This document shows positions 47,534-56,565 of a DNA stretch of 64,000 bases, piece by piece. A program made the position numbers and the translations under genes. Position 1 is the first letter of the stretch. Each line of letters begins with the position of its first letter. The notes below the pieces were generated by a model that searched no databases, was not told the origin of the DNA, and was given only the letters and a program-made list of their open reading frames with translations. The DNA is from Pseudorhodobacter sp. (GTDB lineage Bacteria > Pseudomonadota > Alphaproteobacteria > Rhodobacterales > Rhodobacteraceae): contig JBKEDF010000075.1 in assembly GCA_047975325.1 (NCBI GenBank), positions 14,782 through 78,781 of the forward strand, in the 5' to 3' direction.

Positions 47534-48403
47534 TCAGCTTTCGTGTTTGTAGGTCACTTCCAACCCGTCCCAATGCGGTTTGGCCACGGCCTGTTGACGT
47601 TCCTCGAATGAGGCAAGCAGATGCGCGACCCGTTCCAGATTGCCATCTTCCTTCAGGGCCTGCAGCACCTCCCGCGAGGCACGAAGGGCGGCCTGCAGGG
47701 CAGCATTGGCATAAAGAACCAGGGAGAACCCGTTTTCCGCAAACACCTCGCGTCCGGGGTCAGGGGTCTTGCCACCAAAGACGATATTGGCCACCTGCGG
47801 CACTGAAAGCTCTTTTCCGATACGGGCAAGTTCCTCAAAACTCCGCGGCGCCTCGACAAAGGTCATATCCGCCCCGGCCTCGATATAAGCCTGCGCGCGG
47901 TCAATCGCTGCATCAAGCCCCTCCGAGGCGCGGGCATCGGTGCGGGCAATGATCTGCACCTTCTGATCATGGCGTGCGTCTACCGCCGCCTTGATCTTCT
48001 GGACCATTTCATCGACGCCTATCACGCCCTTGCCGTTGAAATGGCCACAACGCTTGGGAAAGATCTGATCCTCGATCTGCAATCCCGACGCGCCCGCGCG
48101 TTCCAGGATCCTCACGGTCCGCACCATGTTGACGGCATTGCCAAAGCCGGTATCGGCATCGACGATGATCGGCAGTTCCACTGCATCGGCCATGCTGGAA
48201 ACGACCTGCGCCACCTCCGTCAATGTCGTCAGCCCGATATCCGGTGCCCCCAATGACATATTGGCAATCCCCGCGCCGGTGGCATAGACCACCTCATAGC
48301 CCAGATCCTCGATCACCCGCGCGAACAGCGCATTCGCCGCACCCGGCGCGGTCACCGCGCTCCGTGTTGATACAAGCTGCCCAAGTCGTTCGGTCCTGTT
48401 CAT
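47534..48403 (-). CDS. isocitrate lyase / PEP mutase-family protein (2-methylisocitrate lyase / oxaloacetate decarboxylase-like)
   Basis: DADTGFGN and EDQIFPKRCGH motifs. The ATG at 48403 (MNRTERL) is preferred over the track start. Confidence 0.85.
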   Translation of the reverse strand: MNRTERLGQLVSTRSAVTAPGAANALFARVIEDLGYEVVYATGAGIANMSLGAPDIGLTTLTEVAQVVSSMADAVELPIIVDADTGFGNAVNMVRTVRILERAGASGLQIEDQIFPKRCGHFNGKGVIGVDEMVQKIKAAVDARHDQKVQIIARTDARASEGLDAAIDRAQAYIEAGADMTFVEAPRSFEELARIGKELSVPQVANIVFGGKTPDPGREVFAENGFSLVLYANAALQAALRASREVLQALKEDGNLERVAHLLASFEERQQAVAKPHWDGLEVTYKHES

Positions 48404-48600
48404 CGGCCCTATTCCGTTTCGTTCCTGATATGCCTTGCCGAATTGCTGCGGCACTGTAAGTTAAAAGATGATCGGTCAACTGTCTCCTGTCAACAGTCTA
48501 CGAATATTGATCTGCAAGATGTCCGCTTGATAGCTGTTGGCGTTTGTTGATCCGTTCGGTCAATTACGTTAACGCAAGTAAAATCCCGGGAGAAGCCTTC

Positions 48601-49248
48601 ATGATAGAGCCGATCAAGCTGAACTCGCTGGCTTCAGAGGTATTCGACAGGGTCGTGGAAGCAATCACCTCGGGGGAATTCGAACCGGGCCAGAAGATTT
48701 CCGAAGCCCGCCTGGCGCGGGAACTGGGCATCAGCCGGGGTCCGATCCGCGAGGCCCTGCAACGTCTTGAAGGGCGGCTGGTCCAGCGAAAACCGAGGAT
48801 CGGTGTCAGGGTCGTGGAATTTGGCTCCGATGAATTGCGCCAGCTTTTCTATCTGCGGGAGGCGATGGAAGGCATGGCCGCGCGTCTGACGGCCAAAACG
48901 GCCTCCGACGAATGGCTGGAAACCACGCGCGAGCTACTGGAAAAGGACGGCAGCCTGATCAAGGACAGCCACAGTTATCCCCAGACAGTCATGGATGAGG
49001 ATTTCCATTTCGCCATTGCACGGGCGTCGGGCTGTGCGAATATTGAACGGCTTCTGCTATCGGAAGTTTACTACCAGCTGCGTATCCATCGGTTGAAATC
49101 CTCCGCCCGTCCGGGCCGCGCGACCGAAGCCCTGGCCGAACATCTGGTAATTTTCGACCGCATCGCGGCCCATGACCCCGACGGGGCCGAAGCCGCCATG
49201 CGCCAGCATATCCGTTCAGCCCGCGAAAGCACATTGGCACTTCTGTAA
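48601..49248 (+). CDS. GntR-family transcriptional regulator (FCD domain)
   Basis: wHTH motif ARELGISRGPIREALQRLEGRLV plus a helical FCD-type C-terminal domain. Divergent from the ICL-like operon. ATG at 48601. Confidence 0.85.
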   Translation: MIEPIKLNSLASEVFDRVVEAITSGEFEPGQKISEARLARELGISRGPIREALQRLEGRLVQRKPRIGVRVVEFGSDELRQLFYLREAMEGMAARLTAKTASDEWLETTRELLEKDGSLIKDSHSYPQTVMDEDFHFAIARASGCANIERLLLSEVYYQLRIHRLKSSARPGRATEALAEHLVIFDRIAAHDPDGAEAAMRQHIRSARESTLALL

Positions 49249-49251
49249 CCT

Positions 49252-49842
49252 TCAGCCAGACCAGACCCAGGGGGCCGCCTTGCGCCGTCTTTCGGCAAAT
49301 TCGGTGATCTGCCCGGAATGGATCGCGGTCAGATCAATATCATCCCAGCCATTCATGAGTTTCCTGCGCCAGACGGGATCAAGTTCAAACCCGATATCGT
49401 AACCCGCACCGGCAATTCGCATCCCTTCCAGGTCAACTTCCAGTGCCAGTGGCGCCGCCGCGATCAGCCGATCGGCGTCAGCTTCGGAAACCCGCGCAGG
49501 CAGCAAACCGTTATTCACCGAATTGGCCGCAAAGATATCCCCGAAGCTGGGTGCGATCACCACGCGGAACCCCCCATCGACAAGCGCGTAAACCGCCGCC
49601 TCGCGGGATGAACCACATCCGAAATTTCGCCGCGCAACCAGAATGGAGGCCTTGCCTTGGTTCAGCGGAAATCCGGCAATCGGCTTGCCATCATTGTCAT
49701 GACGCAGGTCATAGAGAAGGAAACCGCCATAGCCCTGCGACCGGGGCGCCGACATGAAACGCGCGGGGATCAACTGATCGGTATCGATATTTTCCAGCGC
49801 AAGACCTGCGGCCTGCCCTTCAACTCTGGTCCACCCGCCCAT
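49252..49842 (-). CDS. aconitase-family dehydratase small subunit (LeuD-like)
   Basis: 196 aa with the LeuD swivel-domain pattern (NFGCGSSREAA). Coupled to the large subunit by an ATGA overlap. Confidence 0.85.
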   Translation of the reverse strand: MGGWTRVEGQAAGLALENIDTDQLIPARFMSAPRSQGYGGFLLYDLRHDNDGKPIAGFPLNQGKASILVARRNFGCGSSREAAVYALVDGGFRVVIAPSFGDIFAANSVNNGLLPARVSEADADRLIAAAPLALEVDLEGMRIAGAGYDIGFELDPVWRRKLMNGWDDIDLTAIHSGQITEFAERRRKAAPWVWSG

Positions 49843-51251
49843 CAGACGGCCCTCCCTTTCAGGAAATCGCGGACATCGGCCAGATGCCCCGTCACCGCCG
49901 CCGCCGCCGCCATCGCGGGGGACATCAGATGCGTACGCGCACCCGGGCCCTGCCGTCCCCGGAAGTTCCGGTTGGTGGTCGAGGCACAGCGTTTCCCTGG
50001 CGCCACCAGATCACCATTCATGCCCACGCACATCGAACAGCCCGAACCAACCCATTCCAGCCCCGCCTCGGTAAATATCCGGTCCAGCCCTTCCTGTTCG
50101 GCCTGAACCTTGACCAGTGAGGATCCCGGCGAAACCACCCCCGGCACCCGTGCCTTCCGCCCGGCCAGAACGGCGGCGGCGGCGCGCAGATCCTCAATCC
50201 GCGCATTGGTACAGGAACCGATGAAGACCTGATCCACCGGTACGCTGGTCAACGGACGGCCGGGTGCAAGACCCATATATTCCAGTGCCGCACCGATGCG
50301 CGCAGCCCGGGCAGGATCCTGTTCACGCGCCGGATCGGGCAGGCTGGCCGTGATTGGCAGCGCCTCCTCGGGCGAAGTGCCCCAGGTCACGACCGGGGCG
50401 ATGTCGGCCATATCAAGACTGACCTCCTGGTCAAAGACGGCATCATCCTCTGTCACAAGCTGCGCCCAGATTTCGACTGCGGCATCGAAATCCCCGGGCG
50501 CAAAGGGGCGATCGCGCAGCCAGTCGAAGGTTGCCTGATCGGGCGCCACCACACCGCATCGCGCGCCACCTTCGATTGACAGGTTGCACAATGTCAGCCG
50601 TCCCTCGACCGAAAGCGCGCGAACAGCCGCCCCCGCATATTCGATCGCATGTCCGCGCGCGCCATCCGCGCCCAAACGCGCGATCCAGTGCAGCGCCATG
50701 TCCTTCGCACCCACACCCGGCGCGGCGGAGCCATCAAAGGCCAGCCGCATCCGGTGCGGTTTCTTCTGCCAGACCGTCTGGGTTGTCAGGACATGCGCAA
50801 CCTCGGTCGCACCGATCCCGAACCCATAGGCGCCCAGCGCCCCATGGGTGGATGTATGGCTGTCACCGCAAACCACCAGCATCCCCGGCAGGGTCAGGCC
50901 CTGTTCCGGTCCCAGCACATGCACGATCCCCTGACGCGGATCGTTCAGCCCGAACATGCGGAAACCATGTTCTTCCGCATTTACCTGCAGGGTCCGCATC
51001 ATGCGGGCAATGTCCGGGTCGGCAACCGGCTTGTCACGCGCACGGGTCGGCGCATAGTGATCGGCAACGCCCACGGTCAACCCGGGTTCCGCCAGCACGG
51101 CCCCGCGCGCGGCCAGCTTGCCAAATGCATGATGGGATCCCTCATGCACATAGTGGCGATCAACCCAAAGCAGCGTTGCGCCATCCTCTCGTGTCAGGAT
51201 CGCATGGTCATCCCATAACTTGTCAAAAAGCGTGCGTGCCGTCCCTGTCAC
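49842..51251 (-). CDS. aconitase-family dehydratase large subunit (LeuC-like)
   Basis: Collinear with E. coli LeuC as I remember it, including the Fe-S ligand contexts VCGDSHT, GSCTN and GCSMC. The N-terminal motif reads DRHYVHEGSHHAF instead of the canonical DRHLVHEVTSPQAF. Confidence 0.85.
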   Translation of the reverse strand: MTGTARTLFDKLWDDHAILTREDGATLLWVDRHYVHEGSHHAFGKLAARGAVLAEPGLTVGVADHYAPTRARDKPVADPDIARMMRTLQVNAEEHGFRMFGLNDPRQGIVHVLGPEQGLTLPGMLVVCGDSHTSTHGALGAYGFGIGATEVAHVLTTQTVWQKKPHRMRLAFDGSAAPGVGAKDMALHWIARLGADGARGHAIEYAGAAVRALSVEGRLTLCNLSIEGGARCGVVAPDQATFDWLRDRPFAPGDFDAAVEIWAQLVTEDDAVFDQEVSLDMADIAPVVTWGTSPEEALPITASLPDPAREQDPARAARIGAALEYMGLAPGRPLTSVPVDQVFIGSCTNARIEDLRAAAAVLAGRKARVPGVVSPGSSLVKVQAEQEGLDRIFTEAGLEWVGSGCSMCVGMNGDLVAPGKRCASTTNRNFRGRQGPGARTHLMSPAMAAAAAVTGHLADVRDFLKGRAV

Positions 51252-52045
51252 GTTTCATCACCCCTGCCTGTGTCACCCGCAATTACCGGTTCCCAATGTC
51301 TTTCACTCGACTGCCCAACCCGGTTCAGCATCATTTCCAGCCGAAACCTGTCAGGGCGGTAGAGGGCGGAAAGATGTTCTATCCCGCGCCCGTCAGTATC
51401 CAGAACCACCCGTTCCAGCAGGATCAGGGCGCTTCCCACCGCAATCTCCAGCGCCTCGGCCACATCCGGGGCCGAAAGCGTTGCCGATACCGATTGCCTG
51501 GCCTGGCCCACCGTCACACCCGAACGTTCCAGCAAACGAAACAGCGGCGTGGTGGCCAGATCGCTTTCCGAAAATGTGTTGGCAATATCTTCGGGGACAT
51601 GGGTCGTAAGGTATGAAAACGGCCCATCGGCCACCTGACGCACCCTGACCGCACGTTGCGCCCGCTGACCGGGCGCAAGGCGCAGGGCCTCGGCCACGGG
51701 CGGGGGCGGGAGTTCATAGGAATAGGATAACAGCCGCGCCGTAGTCCCCTGCCCCATCTCCACCAGATGCGGCATCAGGCTCGCAAGATCCGCGACAATC
51801 TGGTTCATGCCCTGGGCCACGACGACATTGCCCGATCCGGCCCGCCGTTCGATCAGGCCCTCTTCCACCAGCACGTCGATTGCCCGCCGGATCGTAACCC
51901 GTGAAACGGCATGAAATTCGGCCAGGCGCAATTCCCCCGGAAGGGCCTGACCCACCGCGTGATCCCCGCGCAGGATGGCGTTACGCAGCAACAGATAGAC
52001 GCGCTGCGCCTTGCCGCCTTCCGCTCGTTGCTGCACTCCGGCCAT
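51248..52045 (-). CDS. GntR-family transcriptional regulator (HutC/UTRA subfamily)
   Basis: wHTH motif AEFHAVSRVTIRRAIDVLVEEGLI plus a UTRA-like C-terminal domain. The ATG at 52045 is preceded by AAGGGG. The 3' end overlaps the LeuC-like start. Confidence 0.8.
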   Translation of the reverse strand: MAGVQQRAEGGKAQRVYLLLRNAILRGDHAVGQALPGELRLAEFHAVSRVTIRRAIDVLVEEGLIERRAGSGNVVVAQGMNQIVADLASLMPHLVEMGQGTTARLLSYSYELPPPPVAEALRLAPGQRAQRAVRVRQVADGPFSYLTTHVPEDIANTFSESDLATTPLFRLLERSGVTVGQARQSVSATLSAPDVAEALEIAVGSALILLERVVLDTDGRGIEHLSALYRPDRFRLEMMLNRVGQSSERHWEPVIAGDTGRGDET

Positions 52046-52133
52046 CAAAGCCCCTTTTTTCCACGACAGGGTCATCATGCAATGCCCACGCCGCTTCGAA
52101 AACAATAAAATGTATTTTCAAACAACAATAATC

Positions 52134-52151
52134 TGTATTATAAAAAATACA
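52134..52151. promoter_or_regulatory. candidate HutC-type operator (TGTATT-N6-AATACA)
   Basis: Inverted repeat TGTATTATAAAAAATACA in a strikingly AT-rich divergent region between the HutC-like regulator and hyuB. A half-site-like TGTATTTT also occurs at 52111-52118. Confidence 0.3.
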
Positions 52152-52214
52152 AGCTGCCTGAGGAGGATCCATGTCAAACATATCAGAACGCCGTTGCCGC
52201 CGGGGGATGACCGG

Positions 52215-53897
52215 ATGAGCATCGATCCTATCACACTGGCGGTTCTGGCCGGCCGGATGGAACAGATCGCGGATGAGATGGACGCCACACTGTTTCGATC
52301 CGCCTTCAACCCGATCATCGCCGAAGCACATGATGCAAGCCACGGCCTTTATCACGCGGAAACGGGCGATACGCTGGTACAGGGTAAATCCGGCCTGCCG
52401 ATCTTTGTCGGCGTCATGGCCTTTGCGGTCAAGGCGGTCATTGACAAGGCCAACCGCGATGGCGATCTGGAAGACGGCGATACCTATATTTTCAATGATG
52501 CGCATATCGGCGGCACCCATCTTTCCGACATGCGGCTGGTGCGACCCTATTTTCATGAAGGCAAGCTGTTTTGCCATCTTGCATCGGTCGGGCACTGGCA
52601 TGATGTGGGCGGTGCGGTACCGGGCAATTACAACCCTCAGGCAACCGAAGTCTTTCAGGAAGCTTTCGTGCTGCCCCCGGTCAAGGTGGTCCGCAAGAAC
52701 AAGCTGCAACAGGATGTCGTCGATATCATCCTGCGCAACACCCGCTTGCCGCTTTCGGCACAGGGCGATCTGAACGGGCAATTGAACGCCCTTGATCTGG
52801 GGGTGAAGCGGCTGGATGCGCTGCTGGCCGAATATGGCGCGGATACGGTACGTACCGCGCTGGACGCGCTTGGCGATCGGGCCGAGGCCCTGATCGGCGA
52901 TGAATTGCAGGCCCTGCCCGATGGCCGCTGGGAAGCAACCGATTATCTCGACAATGACGGCATCACCGACAAGGCACTGCCAATCAAGGTGACGCTTGAA
53001 ATCAGGGGCGACCGCATGTTGCTGGATTTCAACGGCACCGCCGGTTCCGTTGCCGGCCCGGTCAATATCTCATACGGGACTGCTGTGGCCTGCGTCTATG
53101 TTGCAACCAAGCACATCTTTCCCGGCCTTCCTGCCAATGCCGGCGTCATGCGGAAGATTGATATCAGGATCCCCGAAAAATCCCTGCTTTCAGCCGAATT
53201 TCCGGCCCCCACGGGCGGCTATACCGAAACCATCCTGCGGATGATCGATGTGATCTTTTCGGCCATGGCCAGGGCCGCGCCCGAGCATGTGGTTGCCAAT
53301 GCCTATGGCACCATCAATGCGCTGTCGCTGGCCGGGCATCGCAAGGACGGGCGGCGTTGGGTCATGTTTTCCTTCTATGGCGGCGGGCATGGCGGATCTT
53401 CCGATGGCGATGGGCTGAACCATGGCAATGCCCCGATTTCAACCGCGACCATCCCTCCGGTCGAAATCCTGGAGGCCGCCTATCCGGTCATGTTCCGCCA
53501 ATGGGCCCTGCGCCCCGACAGCGCCGGCACCGGCGAGACGCGCGGCGGGCTTGGTGCCATCTATGAAATCGAATTGCTGGAAAAATCCGCCGAGGTCTTT
53601 CTGTTCGGCGAACGCGGCCGCCATGCGCCAAAGGGAATTGCCGGTGGCAATGATGCCGCCCTGAATGACTTTGCCTATGAAAATGCCGGAAACTGGTCAC
53701 GTCCGCCGCTTGTATCGAAGATGGTCGGGATCCGATTGGCACAGGGCGAAAGGGTCCGGCTGGAAACCCCCGGCGGCGGCGGTTACGGCAAGGCCGCAAA
53801 CCGCAGCAAACAGGCCGTCGCCCGCGATGTCGCCCTTGGATATCAGACGCCAGAGGCCGCAGACGCCGCATATGGCCCGGCCTGGCGGGAGGAATGA
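52215..53897 (+). CDS. hydantoinase B / oxoprolinase-family protein (HyuB)
   Basis: The start at MSIDPITLAVLAGRMEQIADEMD is typical of the HyuB N-terminus, so the track start at 52011 is an extension through the promoter region. Confidence 0.85.
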   Translation: MSIDPITLAVLAGRMEQIADEMDATLFRSAFNPIIAEAHDASHGLYHAETGDTLVQGKSGLPIFVGVMAFAVKAVIDKANRDGDLEDGDTYIFNDAHIGGTHLSDMRLVRPYFHEGKLFCHLASVGHWHDVGGAVPGNYNPQATEVFQEAFVLPPVKVVRKNKLQQDVVDIILRNTRLPLSAQGDLNGQLNALDLGVKRLDALLAEYGADTVRTALDALGDRAEALIGDELQALPDGRWEATDYLDNDGITDKALPIKVTLEIRGDRMLLDFNGTAGSVAGPVNISYGTAVACVYVATKHIFPGLPANAGVMRKIDIRIPEKSLLSAEFPAPTGGYTETILRMIDVIFSAMARAAPEHVVANAYGTINALSLAGHRKDGRRWVMFSFYGGGHGGSSDGDGLNHGNAPISTATIPPVEILEAAYPVMFRQWALRPDSAGTGETRGGLGAIYEIELLEKSAEVFLFGERGRHAPKGIAGGNDAALNDFAYENAGNWSRPPLVSKMVGIRLAQGERVRLETPGGGGYGKAANRSKQAVARDVALGYQTPEAADAAYGPAWREE

Positions 53898-55963
53898 ACA
53901 TGAAACGCGACACAATGATCGGCGTCGATGTCGGCGGCACTTTCACGGATATCTTCGTCCTCAATGAAACCACGGGCGAAGCCAGCGTTGCCAAGGTACC
54001 AACCAGCCGACCCGACCAGTCCGCGGGTTTCCTGACCGGTATTGCCTCCCGCGTGCCCGATCTGGGTTCCGTTGCCAGCGTCGTGCATGGCACCACGGCG
54101 GGCACCAATGCGCTTCTGGAACGAAAGGGGGCCCGGATCGGGGTCATCACCACCGAAGGTTTTTGCGATGTCCTGGAAATGCGACGCCGCGACCGCCCCC
54201 GGACATGGGGCCTGCGTGGTGACTTTCAACCCGTCGTCCCGCGCAACCTGCGACTTGAGGTTCCCGAACGGGTACTCGCCGACGGCACGGTGCACACACC
54301 CGTCGATCTCAAAGCTGTCCGCAAGGCTGGTCGGGCATTGCTGGACGCGGGCTGCAAGGCTGTCACGATCCTGTTCGTCAATGCCTATGCCAATGCGGAA
54401 AACGAACGTGCCGCCCTGACCGCCCTGCGGGAAATCTGGCCCAATGATCACATCTCCGCATCCAGTGAAATCCTGCCCGAGATCCGCGAATTCGAACGCT
54501 TCTCGACCACCGCACTGAACGCCTATCTGCAACCCGAGGTTTCGGGCTATCTCAACCGGCTGGAAACTGCGCTGACCCAGGGCGGCTTTGGCGGTGAATT
54601 CATGATCGTGCAATCCAATGGCGGGGTCATGGCCGTGAATACCGCCTGCCGCCTGCCGGTGCGGACTGCCCTGTCCGGCCCCGCCGCCGGGGTGATCGCC
54701 GCCAGCTATATCGCGCAATGCGCGGGCTTTTCCAACATCATCACCGGCGATATCGGCGGCACCTCGTTTGACGTATCGCTGATCGCCGATGGGCAGGCGG
54801 CCCTTGCGGCACAGACCTCCATCGATTTCGGCATGGTCGTACGCACCCCGATGATCGAAATCACAACCATCGGCGCGGGTGGCGGTTCCATCGCCTGGGT
54901 GGACAAGGGCGGATTGCTGAATATCGGCCCGGAAAGCGCCGGGTCGGACCCCGGCCCGGTCGCCTATGGCCGCGGCAATACCCGGCCCACGGTAACGGAT
55001 GCCAATATCGTGCTGGGCCGGATCGACCCCGACCGCCCCATCGGTGGCGGCAAGCTTGACGTGTCAGCCGCACGTGCCGCCATTGCCGCGCATGTGGGAA
55101 AACCCCTGAACCTTGAAACCGAAGCCGCAGCCGAGGCAATCCTGCGTGTCGCGAATTCACGCATGGCCGGCGCAATCCGGCTGGTATCGATCGAACGCGG
55201 CCACGACCCCAAGAGCTTCGCCTATATGCCCTTTGGTGGCGGAGGGGCCCTGCATGCAGGGGCAATGCTGGCCGAGGTCGGCCTCGCACGGGCCATCGTG
55301 CCCCGCTATCCCGGTGTTACCTCCGCCATGGGCTGTGTCATCGCCGATATGCGGCAGGATTTCGTCCAGACGGTCAACATGATGACCGAAGATCTGGACA
55401 CCGCCGCTTTTGGCAACCTGCTGCGTGAACATGAGGCCGAAGGCCAGCGGCTGCTGGATGCGGCAGGGGTCGGGTTCGAGGCGCAGGAGGTTTTGGTGGA
55501 AATTGACATGGCCTATGTCGGACAAACCCATACCGTTGCCGTGCCCCTGTCCCTGCAGCGCAACGGCGACACCATCGCCGATCCCGACCGCGAACAGATC
55601 GCGGAGGCCTTCGATGCCGCCTATCTTGCAGCCTTCGGGCGGCTGTTACCGGGGGGGATAACACGGGTTCTGAACCTGCGAACCGCCGTTGTGGGGCGCA
55701 GGCCAAAATTCGATCTGGCCACCCTTGCCCCCACCCCGGCTGCCAGCATCAAGGAAGCCCGGCGCGGCATTCGGCGGGTGCATGTTGGCGGTCAATGGCG
55801 CGATACCGAAATCCTTGACCGGCTTGAGCTGCCGGTTGGTGCGAAAATCGCGGGACCGGCCATTCTGGAACAGCCCGATACCACAATCCTGATCGAGCCC
55901 GGGCTGATCGGCACCGTGGATGGTTTCGGCAATGTCATCCTGACACGAAAGGACGGGGAATGA
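53894..55963 (+). CDS. hydantoinase A / oxoprolinase-family protein (HyuA, ATP-binding subunit)
   Basis: N-terminal IGVDVGGTFTD and a second ASKHA-fold phosphate motif (ITGDIGGTSFD). ATGA overlap with hyuB. Confidence 0.85.
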   Translation: MNMKRDTMIGVDVGGTFTDIFVLNETTGEASVAKVPTSRPDQSAGFLTGIASRVPDLGSVASVVHGTTAGTNALLERKGARIGVITTEGFCDVLEMRRRDRPRTWGLRGDFQPVVPRNLRLEVPERVLADGTVHTPVDLKAVRKAGRALLDAGCKAVTILFVNAYANAENERAALTALREIWPNDHISASSEILPEIREFERFSTTALNAYLQPEVSGYLNRLETALTQGGFGGEFMIVQSNGGVMAVNTACRLPVRTALSGPAAGVIAASYIAQCAGFSNIITGDIGGTSFDVSLIADGQAALAAQTSIDFGMVVRTPMIEITTIGAGGGSIAWVDKGGLLNIGPESAGSDPGPVAYGRGNTRPTVTDANIVLGRIDPDRPIGGGKLDVSAARAAIAAHVGKPLNLETEAAAEAILRVANSRMAGAIRLVSIERGHDPKSFAYMPFGGGGALHAGAMLAEVGLARAIVPRYPGVTSAMGCVIADMRQDFVQTVNMMTEDLDTAAFGNLLREHEAEGQRLLDAAGVGFEAQEVLVEIDMAYVGQTHTVAVPLSLQRNGDTIADPDREQIAEAFDAAYLAAFGRLLPGGITRVLNLRTAVVGRRPKFDLATLAPTPAASIKEARRGIRRVHVGGQWRDTEILDRLELPVGAKIAGPAILEQPDTTILIEPGLIGTVDGFGNVILTRKDGE

Positions 55964-56565
55964 GCCTTGATCCAAAGCGCACGGCGCTGTTGACCATCGA
56001 CTTGCAGAACGATTTCCTGGATCCGAAAGGCGCCTATGGGCGCGCGGGGCAATCGGCGGCGGCCATCACGGCCCTGCCTGCGCGTATCCGCCCCGTTTCG
56101 GAAGCCCTGCATGCGGCGGGCGGGGTTTTCATCTCGGCCCAGTTTACACTGGTGCCGGGGCCGGACGGGCCAATCATTGCATCGCATCTGGCCCGCCTGC
56201 GCCCCTTCCTCGGCAAGGGTGACTTCGAACCCGGCCAATGGGGGCACGCCTTGACCGACGCCCTGCAACCCGCCGATTTCACCGTGGAAAAGGTGGCCTA
56301 TTCCGCCTTTTGGCAAACCCGGCTGGAACATATCCTGCGGGCAAGGGGGATCGACACCCTGATCGTGGGGGGGATCGTCACCAATGGCGGCGTCGCCTCC
56401 ACGCTGCGTGATGCGCATCTGCGCAACCTGCACACCATCGTGCTGACGGATGGCTGTGCGGCCTTCCGCCCCGAAATCCATGAGGCAACGCTGCTTTCTC
56501 TCGCCTCGGTGACCGAACAGGTAAGCTGCGCCGAGGCGGTCAAACTGATCGGAGATCCCGCATGA
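55960..56565 (+). CDS. isochorismatase-family hydrolase lacking the nucleophilic cysteine
   Basis: The Asp (LLTIDLQNDF) and Lys (EKVAYSAF) contexts are present. The GxxTxxCVxxT position reads GIVTNGG(144)VAST, with Gly in place of Cys. Confidence 0.8.
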   Translation: MSLDPKRTALLTIDLQNDFLDPKGAYGRAGQSAAAITALPARIRPVSEALHAAGGVFISAQFTLVPGPDGPIIASHLARLRPFLGKGDFEPGQWGHALTDALQPADFTVEKVAYSAFWQTRLEHILRARGIDTLIVGGIVTNGGVASTLRDAHLRNLHTIVLTDGCAAFRPEIHEATLLSLASVTEQVSCAEAVKLIGDPA

